NCBI GenBank assembly: GCA_965235115.1
Contig: OZ249445.1
Location: 21,018,001-21,082,000 of the forward strand
Source of the DNA: Laetmonice hystrix
Lineage: Eukaryota
Length of the DNA: 64,000 bases
Reading direction: 5' to 3'
Shown here: positions 27,195-38,613 of the stretch, one piece after another
How positions within the stretch are numbered: the first letter of the stretch is position 1
How the letters are laid out: each line of letters starts with the position of its first letter
Made by a program: the position numbers and the translations under genes
The notes under the pieces: model-generated
What the model was told of the DNA's origin: nothing
The model's database searches: none
The model's input: the letters and a program-made list of their open reading frames with translations, nothing else

Positions 27195-28935
27195 ATAGGT
27201 AGCCGTGGTCCTTAAGATGACAACAAAGAAAGAATATTTATGGGGTGTGACTAAAATTCCCTGAGAATATTAGCTGATTCATTTATAAAGTAAACGACTT
27301 ATAAATAAAAAGCAAAAGCTTCCCAATAACCACAATCTTAAGATTTAAAACAATTTTTAATTCCCTAAACTCCAATCTTTAAAAAAATTGAAAACGTTGT
27401 ATGTTATGCTTGTTATCATTTAAGATGGCTAGAACTGGTTGAAATCATAACATCGGAAGATAAATACCAAATGTCAGCCATTACAAAGAGAACCATGACC
27501 TCTCCCCCACCCCGCCATGGCTTTATGACCTTAACTACACTGAGATAAGACGTATTCCACTTATTTATGGACTAAATCAAATAAGGACAACCTCAGATAA
27601 GATACACAAATCATAAAATAACGGTACATTTTACCAACAGATTAATTTTCACCCCCGGAGAACCCTATCAGAGGTCGCTGGTGTTTTCATGGAAATAAAA
27701 TAAGCCATCATCCAAGTACATAAAGCTGCATTAGCCGTTCATGATTGAAGTCATAGACTCGGTGAGCAAATTACATTATCTGGCTCATTATAACTGATGC
27801 GCCTTTATAGCTACCATTACGGGCTCAGAGAGTAGTTGTAGCACTCACCCACTCTACAGCCTTGTCCTCCATTCACATACTTCATTACATGCTAACTCAC
27901 CTTCACCTACACAATGAGACTATCTAAAGTCATTATAAGGTTGACCGCTAATAAAAGGGAACCGTGTGGTATTTTTGCCTGCTCAATGGCAGGGAGGAGA
28001 ATGAACAGCACTGGATGTTTACCATTTGAGACGGCAGCCATGACAATAGTAGGAATGTAAAGGTAATGTGTGCACGTCCTCACTTAATTACCTGAGGATC
28101 GATATTGTAGAAGAGGTGTTAGAAACTCACTGCTGTCAATGATGTCAGGAAATGTTATTTTGATTGTCACGCTGGGTGGTCACTTAGGTTGGAGGACAAC
28201 TGCTATACCTGTTACTCGAGAGCCAGGTAGATGTGTCAGAGGTGGGGGGTGGGGGCATGTGTTGTAGTGTTTATATCCGACACCCCCTTCCTCAACTACA
28301 TGAGCTGAAAGAAAACACTCCCCAGGGGCACGCCCCTGACACTGACGCCTGATTCCGCATAAATTTACACCAGCAAACAACAAATTGGTTCAAGGTGAAA
28401 GATTGTTGTTGTCTTTAAAATAATTATTTGAAATCAACATATTCCAGGGCATTCACGGAGAAAAAAAAAAGATTATTGACATTTTAAAGTAGGTCATGCA
28501 CACCGGCGAATAAGGTTTTAAATGAGTTTATGAATACGCTGGCAAACTTATTGGTTCTGGAGGAGTCCTCAACGAGACAACAAAAAGTATTCTGTAATAA
28601 TTAGCCGTGTGAATTATTCGGTCTGAACTTGTAAACCTAATCTTGTCTAGAGCACAGATCAGTACCTGTGGAGCTCGTGGTCTTGGCTTACATTTACGAC
28701 TGAGAATAACAATAATGTTGACAATGGTCATCATTCGAAGATTGACACATAATAGGTCTGTTGTTGGTTATGTTGTCTGCAAGACCTCCTTCTGTTACAG
28801 TCTTGCAGGCAACATAACCGTCTATATCTAACTCATATTCCACTTAAGTGCAAGGTATCTTAACTTTGTAACTAACTTTATCAAATGCCCGTTTTCTCCT
28901 GTCGATATCTAATGTTTGCATTCCTTTTTGTTCAG

Positions 28936-28990
28936 GTCGAGAGATGTCCAATATCTGTAACCGATCATACCTGGCCTGACGGATTCACAG
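28936..28990 (+). CDS. Candidate exon (55 nt) encoding VERCPISVTDHTWPDGFT(G), resembling the start of a CBM2-like domain
   Basis: Strong acceptor (gcattcctttttgttcag|G) and consensus donor (CAG|GTAAGT). Only the phase-0 frame is stop-free and it contains TWxxGFxG. Confidence 0.42.
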
Positions 28991-31047
28991 GTAAGTAAGA
29001 TTAATTAATTATAATGACGGGTCACCTCAGTCACATTACCTATTCCAGCCATCTCCTGCCGGGTATCAAATTATAATGAACGTGTCAACATCAGTTCATG
29101 CCGTCATTGCTGTTTTCCTGTTGTCATAGCAACAACTCACCATGGCAACCATCAATTGTCATTGCAATATCCTGGCAACAGGTGGCCCCACAACGTTACG
29201 AACGCTGCCCGACTCCAAGGAATCACGATAAGACATGCAAAGACCGACATGCAAAGTGTCAGGTGTTGAGAAGACATCACGGCAGAAGTCATATTGTTGA
29301 GGAGTCCTCGTCCTCCTGCTAAAACAATACTGTGAAACCTGATACACAACTGAACGGCCTGCTACTTCACCATACAGCACGCTCGCCCAATGCTCAAACA
29401 TATCCATTCGCAACACGACAACATGCATATATATATCGGGTTGCCCCGGCAAGGCAAGCGCACCTTTTTGTATACGACTTTCAACTCAAAGCCATGCAAA
29501 TATTTTCCTCGTCGTCAATTTTTTTTTTCATTAACCTGTACCAATCATGCATGCAGCAGGAAACATCATTGTTTTTTTGTATTCCGAAAAATGTCTTATT
29601 AAAATATGTCGCCAGAAATACAAGTGAATGTCATGACCTACCGAGAGCCTGCCCCATTTATGCGAGTCGTCATAGACAATTTAGTGCCTTTTATCGGAGG
29701 TGTTCCATGGTATCTATTAACAGGGGAAGTTCCAATTGCGTTCTCTCAAATTTAATGTTGGTGATACTTTATAGGATTCCACCTTTCTCTCAAATAAGGA
29801 GAGATCACATCACCACATTGTCATGCCCCATCTGTAGGCACTGCAACATTTTTTTGTTTGTTTAATCTGCGTTGGACATTTGGCATGGCGTTTTATACGA
29901 TCGGTTCAGATATGACCTCATGCTCATATCGATGCACATATTTCCATCTGACCATATTTTGCCTGGGGCACATAACCTTAAAGTCCTGGTAATCCATTAT
30001 AGGATAAAACAACAAATCCCGCATGAATATTTGATGAGGATGCAATTTCCAACTGTTAGTTATAGCTGTGAATGAATGGACCATGCCAGTGTGGGCTGTA
30101 TAATGGGTCATGTCGAACCATTCCTACCAGACCCGTATGGGTATCATTGACAGTAATGTGCGGCCATAACACTCTTTCACATAAACCCATTGTCATGCCG
30201 GGCTGTGTAACATGGGCGCCCGATAAATCCCGGCTCATTTTCTGCCCCCTACCCCCCCCCCCCCCCCCCATTATGGTTAATCTCATACACCCCGGGAGGT
30301 AGTACACCTGTAATGAAACGTTTATCTGGCAATAGGTGTGTGTTTTATCCGGTCACGATCCCCCAGCACAGAGTCCCCACCCACCCACAAACACATCATG
30401 CTATGGCCGACACTAATGTTAAACCTGCTAAGTGTGCTCCCTGCGACCCGATTAACGAAACTAACCCATACATCGTCCTATAGCCTCCGGTCTCGGAACC
30501 TAACAGTTCCTGAAATCTTCATTCCCCTATTAGTCAACTACCCTAATTCCTCCATGTTTCACTGAGATTTCTTTATGAGGACATGCCATGATTCGGCTGT
30601 AGCCGGTGTTTCCTTCAGAGTGTCAGGACGGGGTCGTTACGTTATCAGTCGTAATCCCCAGAACGGAGCAAGAACTCAGCCATTTCTTCTACAGCCATAA
30701 CGTCTGCTTAGGCCAAAAAATATTAACGCCGTTCCCAGTTTCATGATTCTGAAAAGGGTCGATAGGTTGGATATTTTATTTTATTTTCAGAGACGTTCAC
30801 TTGGCAGTTAGATCTTTCCGGATATAAATGAGTCCATAGAATGTCAAGACGGTGGGTTCCAGTATGACATGATGGAGTTTCTCATTATCTACATTCTAAT
30901 GGTGACAGCCTGTAGTTTTCATAACTCCACCACCATCCGCACCACCAGCACCACCAGCACCACCATAAATTATAAAGTGGTTCCCGTCCGGCGCCAACGT
31001 GAATGTGATGTGTCATTATATAAATCTCAACGTTCGGTCTGTCCACA

Positions 31048-32040
31048 TCAAACAACGTCCTCAGTACTGATCTCAAACAATGCCATCTTGGAGACAGTTC
31101 AGTACTGATCTCAAACAATGCCATCATGGAGACAGTTCAGTTCTGATCTCAAACAATGCTATCTTGGAGGATTTCAGTTCTGATCTCAAACAACGCCATC
31201 TTGGAGACAGTTCAGTACTGATCTCAAACAATGCCATCTTGGAGACAGTTCAGTACTGATCTCAAACAATGCTATCTTGGAGGATTTCAGTTCTGATCTC
31301 AAACAACGCCATCTTGGAGACAGTTCAGTTCTGATCTCAAACAATGCTATCTTGGAGGATTTCAGTTCTGATCTCAAACAACGCCATCTTGGAGACAGTC
31401 AAACAATGCCATCTTGGAGACAGTTCAGTACTGATCTCAAACAACGCCATCTTGGAGACAGTCAAACAATGCCATCTTGGAGACAGTTCAGTACTGATCT
31501 CAAACAACGCCATCTTGGAGACAGTCAAACAATGCCATCTTGGAGACAGTTCAGTACTTATCTCAAACAATGCCATATTGGAGACAGTTCAGTACTGATC
31601 TCAAACAACGCCATCTTGGAGACAGTCAAACAATGCCGTCTTGGAGACAGTTCAGTACTTATCTCAAACAATGCCATATTGGAGACAGTTCAGTACTGAT
31701 CTCAAACAACGCCATCTTGGAGACAGTCAAACAATGCCATATTGGAGACAGTTCAGTTCTGATCTCAAACAATGCCATCATGGAGACAGTTCAGTACTGA
31801 TCTCAAACAATGCCATCTTGGAGACAGTTCAGTACTGATCTCAAACAATGCTATCTTGGAGGATTTCAGTTTTGATCTCAAACAATGCCATCTTGGAGGA
31901 TTTCAGTTTTGATCTCAAACAATGCCATCTTGGAGACAGTCAAACAATGCCATCTTGGAGACAGCATGCCAGTTCAGTACTGATCTCAAACATTGGAGAA
32001 AGTTCAGTACTGATCTCAAACAATGCCATATTGGAGACAG
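31048..32040. repeat. 38-bp minisatellite with 37-bp and 25-bp variant units
   Basis: Unit CAGTACTGATCTCAAACAATGCCATCTTGGAGACAGTT; variants ...GCTATCTTGGAGGATTTCAG... and the deleted unit GCCATCTTGGAGACAGTCAAACAAT. Confidence 0.97.
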
Positions 32041-32590
32041 CATGCCGAGTTCACCTGTGCCCTATCACAGAGTAAACTTTCGGAACACTCCACCTCTCCT
32101 TGCACGCATCAAGACAGAACCAATCCTGCACCTGTTTCCCCATGTTATGAGCTCTCTCCACCAACATCTTCATTTTTCACCCCCCCCCCCTTGATAAAAA
32201 CAAGCCGGTGATGCGCTAATTGCCATGTCATATCACGTCACGAGATCCTGACTCTGTAAATGGTAAACAGGGATAACTTTCAATCTGCCGTGATTGTACC
32301 GTTAATGATATCTTCCATGAAATCACCACCAGCTGCCAGTTTACACCGGACCTGACACCCCGCGTCACGTCCGCCTGCCTACGTTTTAATGCTCTGTTTA
32401 AATCGGTCTGACAGGAAAACGTCACGGGAGATGCAGCGAGTATCGGCTGCTGTCAGAATCAATCCGAGCTAATGGCGCCACTCCTATTGTTTCTATATCA
32501 GATCCGGAGGTGGATAATGTGTTCATAATAACTGCTAAACTCTACTCAAAACAACATTGACTGACATACAGCAGTCATAGAACTTCACCT

Positions 32591-32788
32591 CAGGGGCGGA
32601 TCCAGGATTTTGCAACTGGGGGGGGGGGGGCTGCATCCAGGATTTTACAACTGGGGGGGGGGGGCTTGATGTATGTATAAAACCTCTTAGGTGAACTGTA
32701 GACACACTGCAAAATGATAACCCTGGAGTCAGCTGGGGGGGGGGGTTAAGCCCCCAAAGCCCCCCCCCCCCCCTTGGATCCGCTACTG
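32591..32788. mobile_element. Non-autonomous DNA transposon (MITE), about 200 bp, probably hAT/Tip100-like TIR
   Basis: Left end CAGGGGCGGATCCAGG; right end reverse-complements to CAGTAGCGGATCCAAG (13/16 match). G/C-run-rich interior. No TSD visible, so the superfamily is tentative. Confidence 0.7.
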
Positions 32789-34291
32789 CAAATGATGACT
32801 GAACACGAACTTCAAGCTAACCACTTGTGAGTAACCATGCAGACTGGAGGCCCTCGATTTATCAGCGTTGTATATTCTGTTTAACATCAGAGACATAAAC
32901 GAAGTGGTCCTTGATGGTGATAAAATTATCTATCTGGTACTTCATCGTGAACTCGGGTATGTTCTAATAATATCTCCCGCCCTTATCTACCAGTGAATTG
33001 CCTGCAATAGACACGATAGGGGCACACCACTTCATTCTGTATAGGCCTACCACAAACCACGCCATCCCTAACTCATTCCGATTGCTACAACCGCCATTAT
33101 CATCATAATATGGAACGCAACTTACTTTTCACAGCTTTCGGCCACAATAATCAATAATCTTGGGTACTCATTTACTTTTTGCACCATTTGTAACTAATTA
33201 GCCATGAATGACACTCTTGGAGTCAGGGCGTTACAGAACTTGGGTCGGTTTTTCTGTCTGTCCATTAGGATGAGATAATTACCCTACTTTCCGACGAGTT
33301 TGTTGCGGCCATCGTTCTATATTCACCCTATAGCTCCAGTATTATTTTACAAAGCCTTACAGCACTACGACTCAGATAATCGTGCTCCATGTAATGAATA
33401 ATATTCTTAGAAAATGAGTCATACATGTGTTTATGACTGGGCCAGGATAATAATGGTGTACAATGTATATATCCGTAGTGATTATTATGTATCCCCCAAA
33501 CATCACGACCTTAGGTATTAGAGTAACGAATTCAAGAATATCATTAACGAAAGATATAATACGTTAACACTGGTGAGGCATGCGACGTATGCAACATTAT
33601 CTTGAAACTATTTTTTCTCTTAAATTCCAGTTAAATGTTACATGTTTATTATGTATGGATGGTTCACTAGTCCATGTTTAGTCCAGGACTACAAAAAGAG
33701 TATTTTTAAGAATCCCCATTTGTTCTATGCACAGGCAGGGAAAATCCATAGACACAATAATTACGATAAAACATCAGCTTCTACAACGACACAATTAAGA
33801 AATTATGGCGTCCAATAAAACAAAAAAAAGCTCATTTTCATCACAGGACATACACATTTAATGTAGGCAGCGTGAGTGATGGACCAATCGCTTGCCATCA
33901 CTCAGGCTGAGGGTCTGTTTTAAAGATAATTGCAGCAGAATCTAATCATATATGGATAAGCAACCTGTCATTGGACCTTTTTTAATTTCCATTTCCCTGA
34001 AACAGCTTTAAAAGAGCGATTCAAATCTATAAATTAAGGAGTCTCTTTTGTTCCAGGAATCGTGTCAGTCTAACAAGCACTTAACATATCAAAATAAAAA
34101 TGGATACGGCAAAACGTAATTATTGATGCGCGTTTCTCATAAATGCTTTTGTCTTTTTCCTGCATATATGCCCAAAGGATCATACTTTCAAACCTAACAA
34201 AACAAACGCACACTAAATTCGCGTAGTCGTACACCCTTTGCAAACAGTCACTCTTACATTTTTCTCTCACTTTGTACGGGTAGTTCCAAGC

Positions 34292-34387
34292 TTGCTTAAT
34301 CTTAGGCTTAGGTTTAGGCTTAACGGTTCTGATTGGTTGGCCTATGCTGACCAACCAATCAGAAGAGTTAAGTTTAAGTGTAAGCAA
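34292..34387. mobile_element. Fold-back (palindromic MITE-like) element
   Basis: Perfect 14-bp stem TTCTGATTGGTTGG / CCAACCAATCAGAA with a 10-nt loop (34327-34364), extended by imperfect TTGCTTA...CTTAAC / GTTAAG...TAAGCAA arms. Confidence 0.6.
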
Positions 34388-36281
34388 TTACGTATAACCG
34401 GAGCCTGATTGCACTGATCGAAGTCAATACGATGTTTAATGTACTAAGATGGGTGGAGGTATGCCGCAGGGACAGGGCCACACACGGCCGGCCTGAGGCT
34501 GATTCCGACCAGTTACCGATCTATCCAACACCTATTGAGGGCGTGGCTATTAATTTCACACAGACCAAAGGTCACATCTCGTAATGACTTCATCCCTGTA
34601 GCCACCCATCATCACCCTGGTATATATCATACCCCACCCTAAGATTACATACACCGCCATCTGAATTCTCCTGATAACATATAATGTTATACCTGGGGGG
34701 TGTCGTGAGGAGGCAGACAGAGCAACCAACCAGGCCGCCCCCTGTTAATGTGAGACCACCGGCGTGCTGTACACCACACTACCGGTGCTGCCGCCTTCAC
34801 ACTGCTCCCACTATCTGCTCCAATCCCACCCACCGCCGCGCTGTATCAAACTAATATGTAACCTGCCACTCGGGGCCAGTCTCACATACCTCTGCGATCA
34901 GTTCGCCAGGGAGAAAGCCAAGAAATCATTTCAAGGAATTTTCTTTTCTAATATCACGATTCAGCACAGTTTGGGCGTGTAACACATATGTGTGATGTAT
35001 GAGACCAAAAAATGAGGGAGAAAATAACGCAGGAGTCCGCTACCGCCGATATTTCCTGAGTGTTTTGTGATTTGGTGTTACGGTTCACCTAGACCCTGAC
35101 GCCTGCCTGAAGCCGCCCCCCCCCTCCCCACCACCACCACCACCACCACCCCTGCTGGCACTTCTCCCTCCCCCCGCCTAATACAGTGTTCATGATGTGA
35201 CACGTCCAGGGCCTGCTGCTGGCCGTTTCTCACCTGGCCACCTGCAGTTACCTGAGATTGAAGCGAGTATACCTTGCTGCCCCGTCGCTCAAGGTAGCAA
35301 TAGCTGCACGGCTCGCTCGCTCCAGTCCCTGGTGTGGCGGGCCAAGAGATCCGGCCCGCCATCTGACCCGACCTCTCCCGGCGCTCGGCTAAATTACCTG
35401 TAATCTGACGACTTCCATCAGGAAGGTCTCAACTCATGACGCCAAATGTCAAATGATCCCTAAATGTACGGAACAAACACCATCATCATCTGCTGGACTT
35501 GTCAAACTCATCCTTGCCTGTCACTCACACTGAGTACGGCCGGTTCGGTTTCTCATATAGTATAGCCGTCATTTTATACTCGGTTACTTAACAAACATTG
35601 TCTTTATTAAATATATCTGTTAGATCTAGAATTCTGAAAAGGGGGTCCAATAAGCTAACCTAAACTAGCATAAAATGGTTATAGAGGATGGTGGGGTGAA
35701 ATACTACTTATAGATACCCTTTCTACTGCCTTCAATTAGTGTACTACATCAAAACGTCCTATTGGAATCTTACCCCACCTTTAGGGTGAGAAAACGCTGC
35801 CGAGGAATGCCTCAAACTCCCGGTAATGGGCAGTTAAGATAATAGATGACCTACATCGTTTTAAGAAATGGGTTACATGACCTATACGTTTGAAAGTTCT
35901 CCTTGGTTTGTTTGACAAACTCTTTAAACGAATGGTCGAAACCTGCCGACATTGAGTGAAGGCACAGGTGAGGTGGGCTAACAAGGCGGTACACCATGAA
36001 CCACTGGGGACGATCGTCACATTGACCTCCATGGCCAGGCCAAGAGTTCAGCCGGGTAATCATTCACAGCACCTCACAGTACTGTCGGCAGGGGGAGTAA
36101 CCACCCCCCCCCCCCTCCCAACACACACAAAGTACTTTTAGTTTTAAAAAATCCCTATAATTTTATATCCTTGAATCATGACCGTGGCGACACAAAGTCT
36201 TGCGAAGAACGGCAAGAGCAACTTCCGGTTTGGAGGAGATGGTCCTGACCCTAACCCTATACACCTCATGATCAGTTGGAT

Positions 36282-36314
36282 CAACGAGACTAGACAGACT
36301 GTCTAGTCTCGTTG
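36282..36314. repeat. Perfect 33-bp palindrome (16-bp arms, 1-nt centre)
   Basis: CAACGAGACTAGACAG-A-CTGTCTAGTCTCGTTG. Confidence 0.95.
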
Positions 36315-37547
36315 GTTTGCTCTATCCACTTGGGCGGATCACAGATTTGCCCAAAGGTTGTGGTCCAAGGGACAACTGGCAACGAAGGGGTGTGGTCCAT
36401 CAGCAGGCGTCAAGTATTAGGAAAGGATAGAACAAAGAAAGGATCAGAACAAAGAAAAGGTCGTCGAAAAAAGGAGGTCCGATCCCCCTGAATCTTCTCC
36501 CGATTCTCCTGTATTCATTTCACTTATGTCACACCACGTACACTACGTCCACCTTGGGCCCCTTTAACAAAACCACGCCTGTGCACGGAGTCAGAGCACG
36601 CCTCAGTTTTTCCGCTGCCAAAAGATCGAAATGCGCGAAGTTTGTTTGCACAAGACAGAGACGTTGAACGGGTCTCACGGCAGGACCCGCCAGACTGGAC
36701 AACATGTGTATTTGCCGACATCCTCAGTGTACGGCAGCTACTTTCAATGTCCACATCTCCCTGACACAATGTAGTGTTGTTCTGCAGGAGTCGACTCAAG
36801 TATTTCTTTTTATAAGAAAGGTGTCGATGAAACTGCGCCATGTACATGTTTCCTGTTGGGCGGGGGGGCGGGAGAAAAATTCCTGGTTTCTGTCAGGTGA
36901 CTGACGTTTTACCGACGTTCACGTCAGTGGTAAAAAAAGGTCTCTTCCAAGGCAATCCAATCTATACGCTGGAAGGGGGGGGGATATCAGAAAACAATTA
37001 TTCTGATCATCCGTTTTTAACCTGAAACAACTGAATCACTTGGATATCAATGTTCACAATTTATACATCTGTCCGACTTACCATGTGGGAAGCCTTTGGT
37101 GTCTTTTGTTCTCTTCAACAGAGAACGTTCAACCTATATAAGCGAAGGTGGTTTTTAAAATCTGACGCCGGCAATTCAATTTAAAATTAATCAGATAATC
37201 TGGATGATAACATCGACAGACATTTTTTCTGCAGAACTAAAACTTTTAGCTTCCAAAGCATGAGTCATGACGAGGTCAGTCATTGCTATATATGATTACT
37301 AATATTTCCATCACCAGCTCTATGTATATAATATCCCCACGCCACAGCCAGTGAGATCACACCTTTTATAATCTCAACATTTCAAAGGAATGCAACCCTG
37401 ACCTAAAACCCCCCAATGGCGACCTCTCCCCTACACCAGTGAAAGTCAATTACACTCAACCATCCCAAATTCCATCCCTGCAGGGGGTCCGACCATTCGA
37501 CTCCGGGTTTTTACCTCACCTGTCGTAAGGTTTTTCATATCACACAG

Positions 37548-37768
37548 CGACCGATCTCCCCACACTACAGGAGGCAATGTTAGCTACCGTCCACACATAC
37601 AATACCGAGCGGTAGGATCTACCACCTGCTGTCACTGGTCCACCTCTCTGGATCACAACGACCGATCTCCCCACACTACAGGAGGCAATGTTAGCTACCG
37701 TCCACACATACAATACCGAGCGGTAGGATCTACCACCTGCTGTCACTGGTCCACCTCTCCGGATCACG
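37548..37768. repeat. 111-bp tandem duplication (2 copies)
   Basis: CGACCGATCTCCCCACACTACAGG...GGATCAC starts at 37548 and 37659; near-identical. Confidence 0.95.
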
Positions 37769-38178
37769 TACCATCGTTTGAATGGGGAGGATTTCAACAG
37801 GTTCCATTCAAAAACACCGACCCAATCGACGGTCAATCTCTGACATCAAACCGCCATAATTTGTCCGTCCGTTCAACTCATCGTTAGCCAATAAAAAAAA
37901 CCTCGCGTCCTGTTGAATTTCTTCAGTCACAAACCACTCGTCTTATTTATGGCCGTCAATTTACGTGCGAGTCTTTGATGCAAACACCCCGCCTTCCGCG
38001 GAACGTTGAAGCGGTTTCAAAGGCTATTACCTACTTAAAGAAAAATTCAAATTGCGCGGGAAAAAAGAACAGTGTGGGGTTCTTTCTGGTTTGAGGTAAT
38101 CAAAATGTCGTAATACTAAACTAAAAGCGTTGTAATTGTCTGTATTATCTATTCGTCGACCGAAATGACACATTGGAT

Positions 38179-38613
38179 GTGACGACGTACAACGTCTCGT
38201 CTGCTGTCCGGTACAATAACTGTCAAACATTAGTGACGACGTACAACGTCTCGTCTGCTGTCCGGTACAATAACTGTCAAACATTAGTGACGACGTACAA
38301 CGTCTCGTCTGCTGTCCGGTACAATAACTGTCAAACATTAGTGACGACGTACAACGTCTCGTCTGCTGTCCGGTACAATAACTGTCAAACATTAGTGACG
38401 ACGTACAACGTCTCGTCTGCTGTCCGGTACAATAACTGTCAAACATTAGTGACGACGTACAACGTCTCGTCTGCTGTCCGGTACAATAACTGTCAAACAT
38501 TAGTGACGACGTACAACGTCTCGTCTGCTGTCCGGTACAATAACTGTCAAACATTAGTGACGACGTACAACGTCTCGTCTGCTGTCCGGTACAATAACTG
38601 TCAAACATTAGTG
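38179..38613. repeat. 54-bp minisatellite, 8 identical copies
   Basis: Unit GTGACGACGTACAACGTCTCGTCTGCTGTCCGGTACAATAACTGTCAAACATTA. Confidence 0.98.

Noticed and set aside
26970-27215. 81-aa ORF
   Set aside because: It spans the N gap.
29332-29865. 177-aa + strand ORF, and similar 130-160-aa ORFs at 781, 10117, 47966, 53775 and 59866
   Set aside because: No recognisable domain, and composition is random-like (Cys/Arg/Ser-rich, with homopolymer runs).
31277-32075. Repetitive ORFs (ISNNAILETVQY, STDLKQRHLGD)
   Set aside because: Frames switch with 38/37/25-bp units, so these are array artefacts.
34298-34322. TTAGGC/TTAGG telomere-like repeats
   Set aside because: Only 3-4 imperfect units, and they form an arm of a fold-back element.
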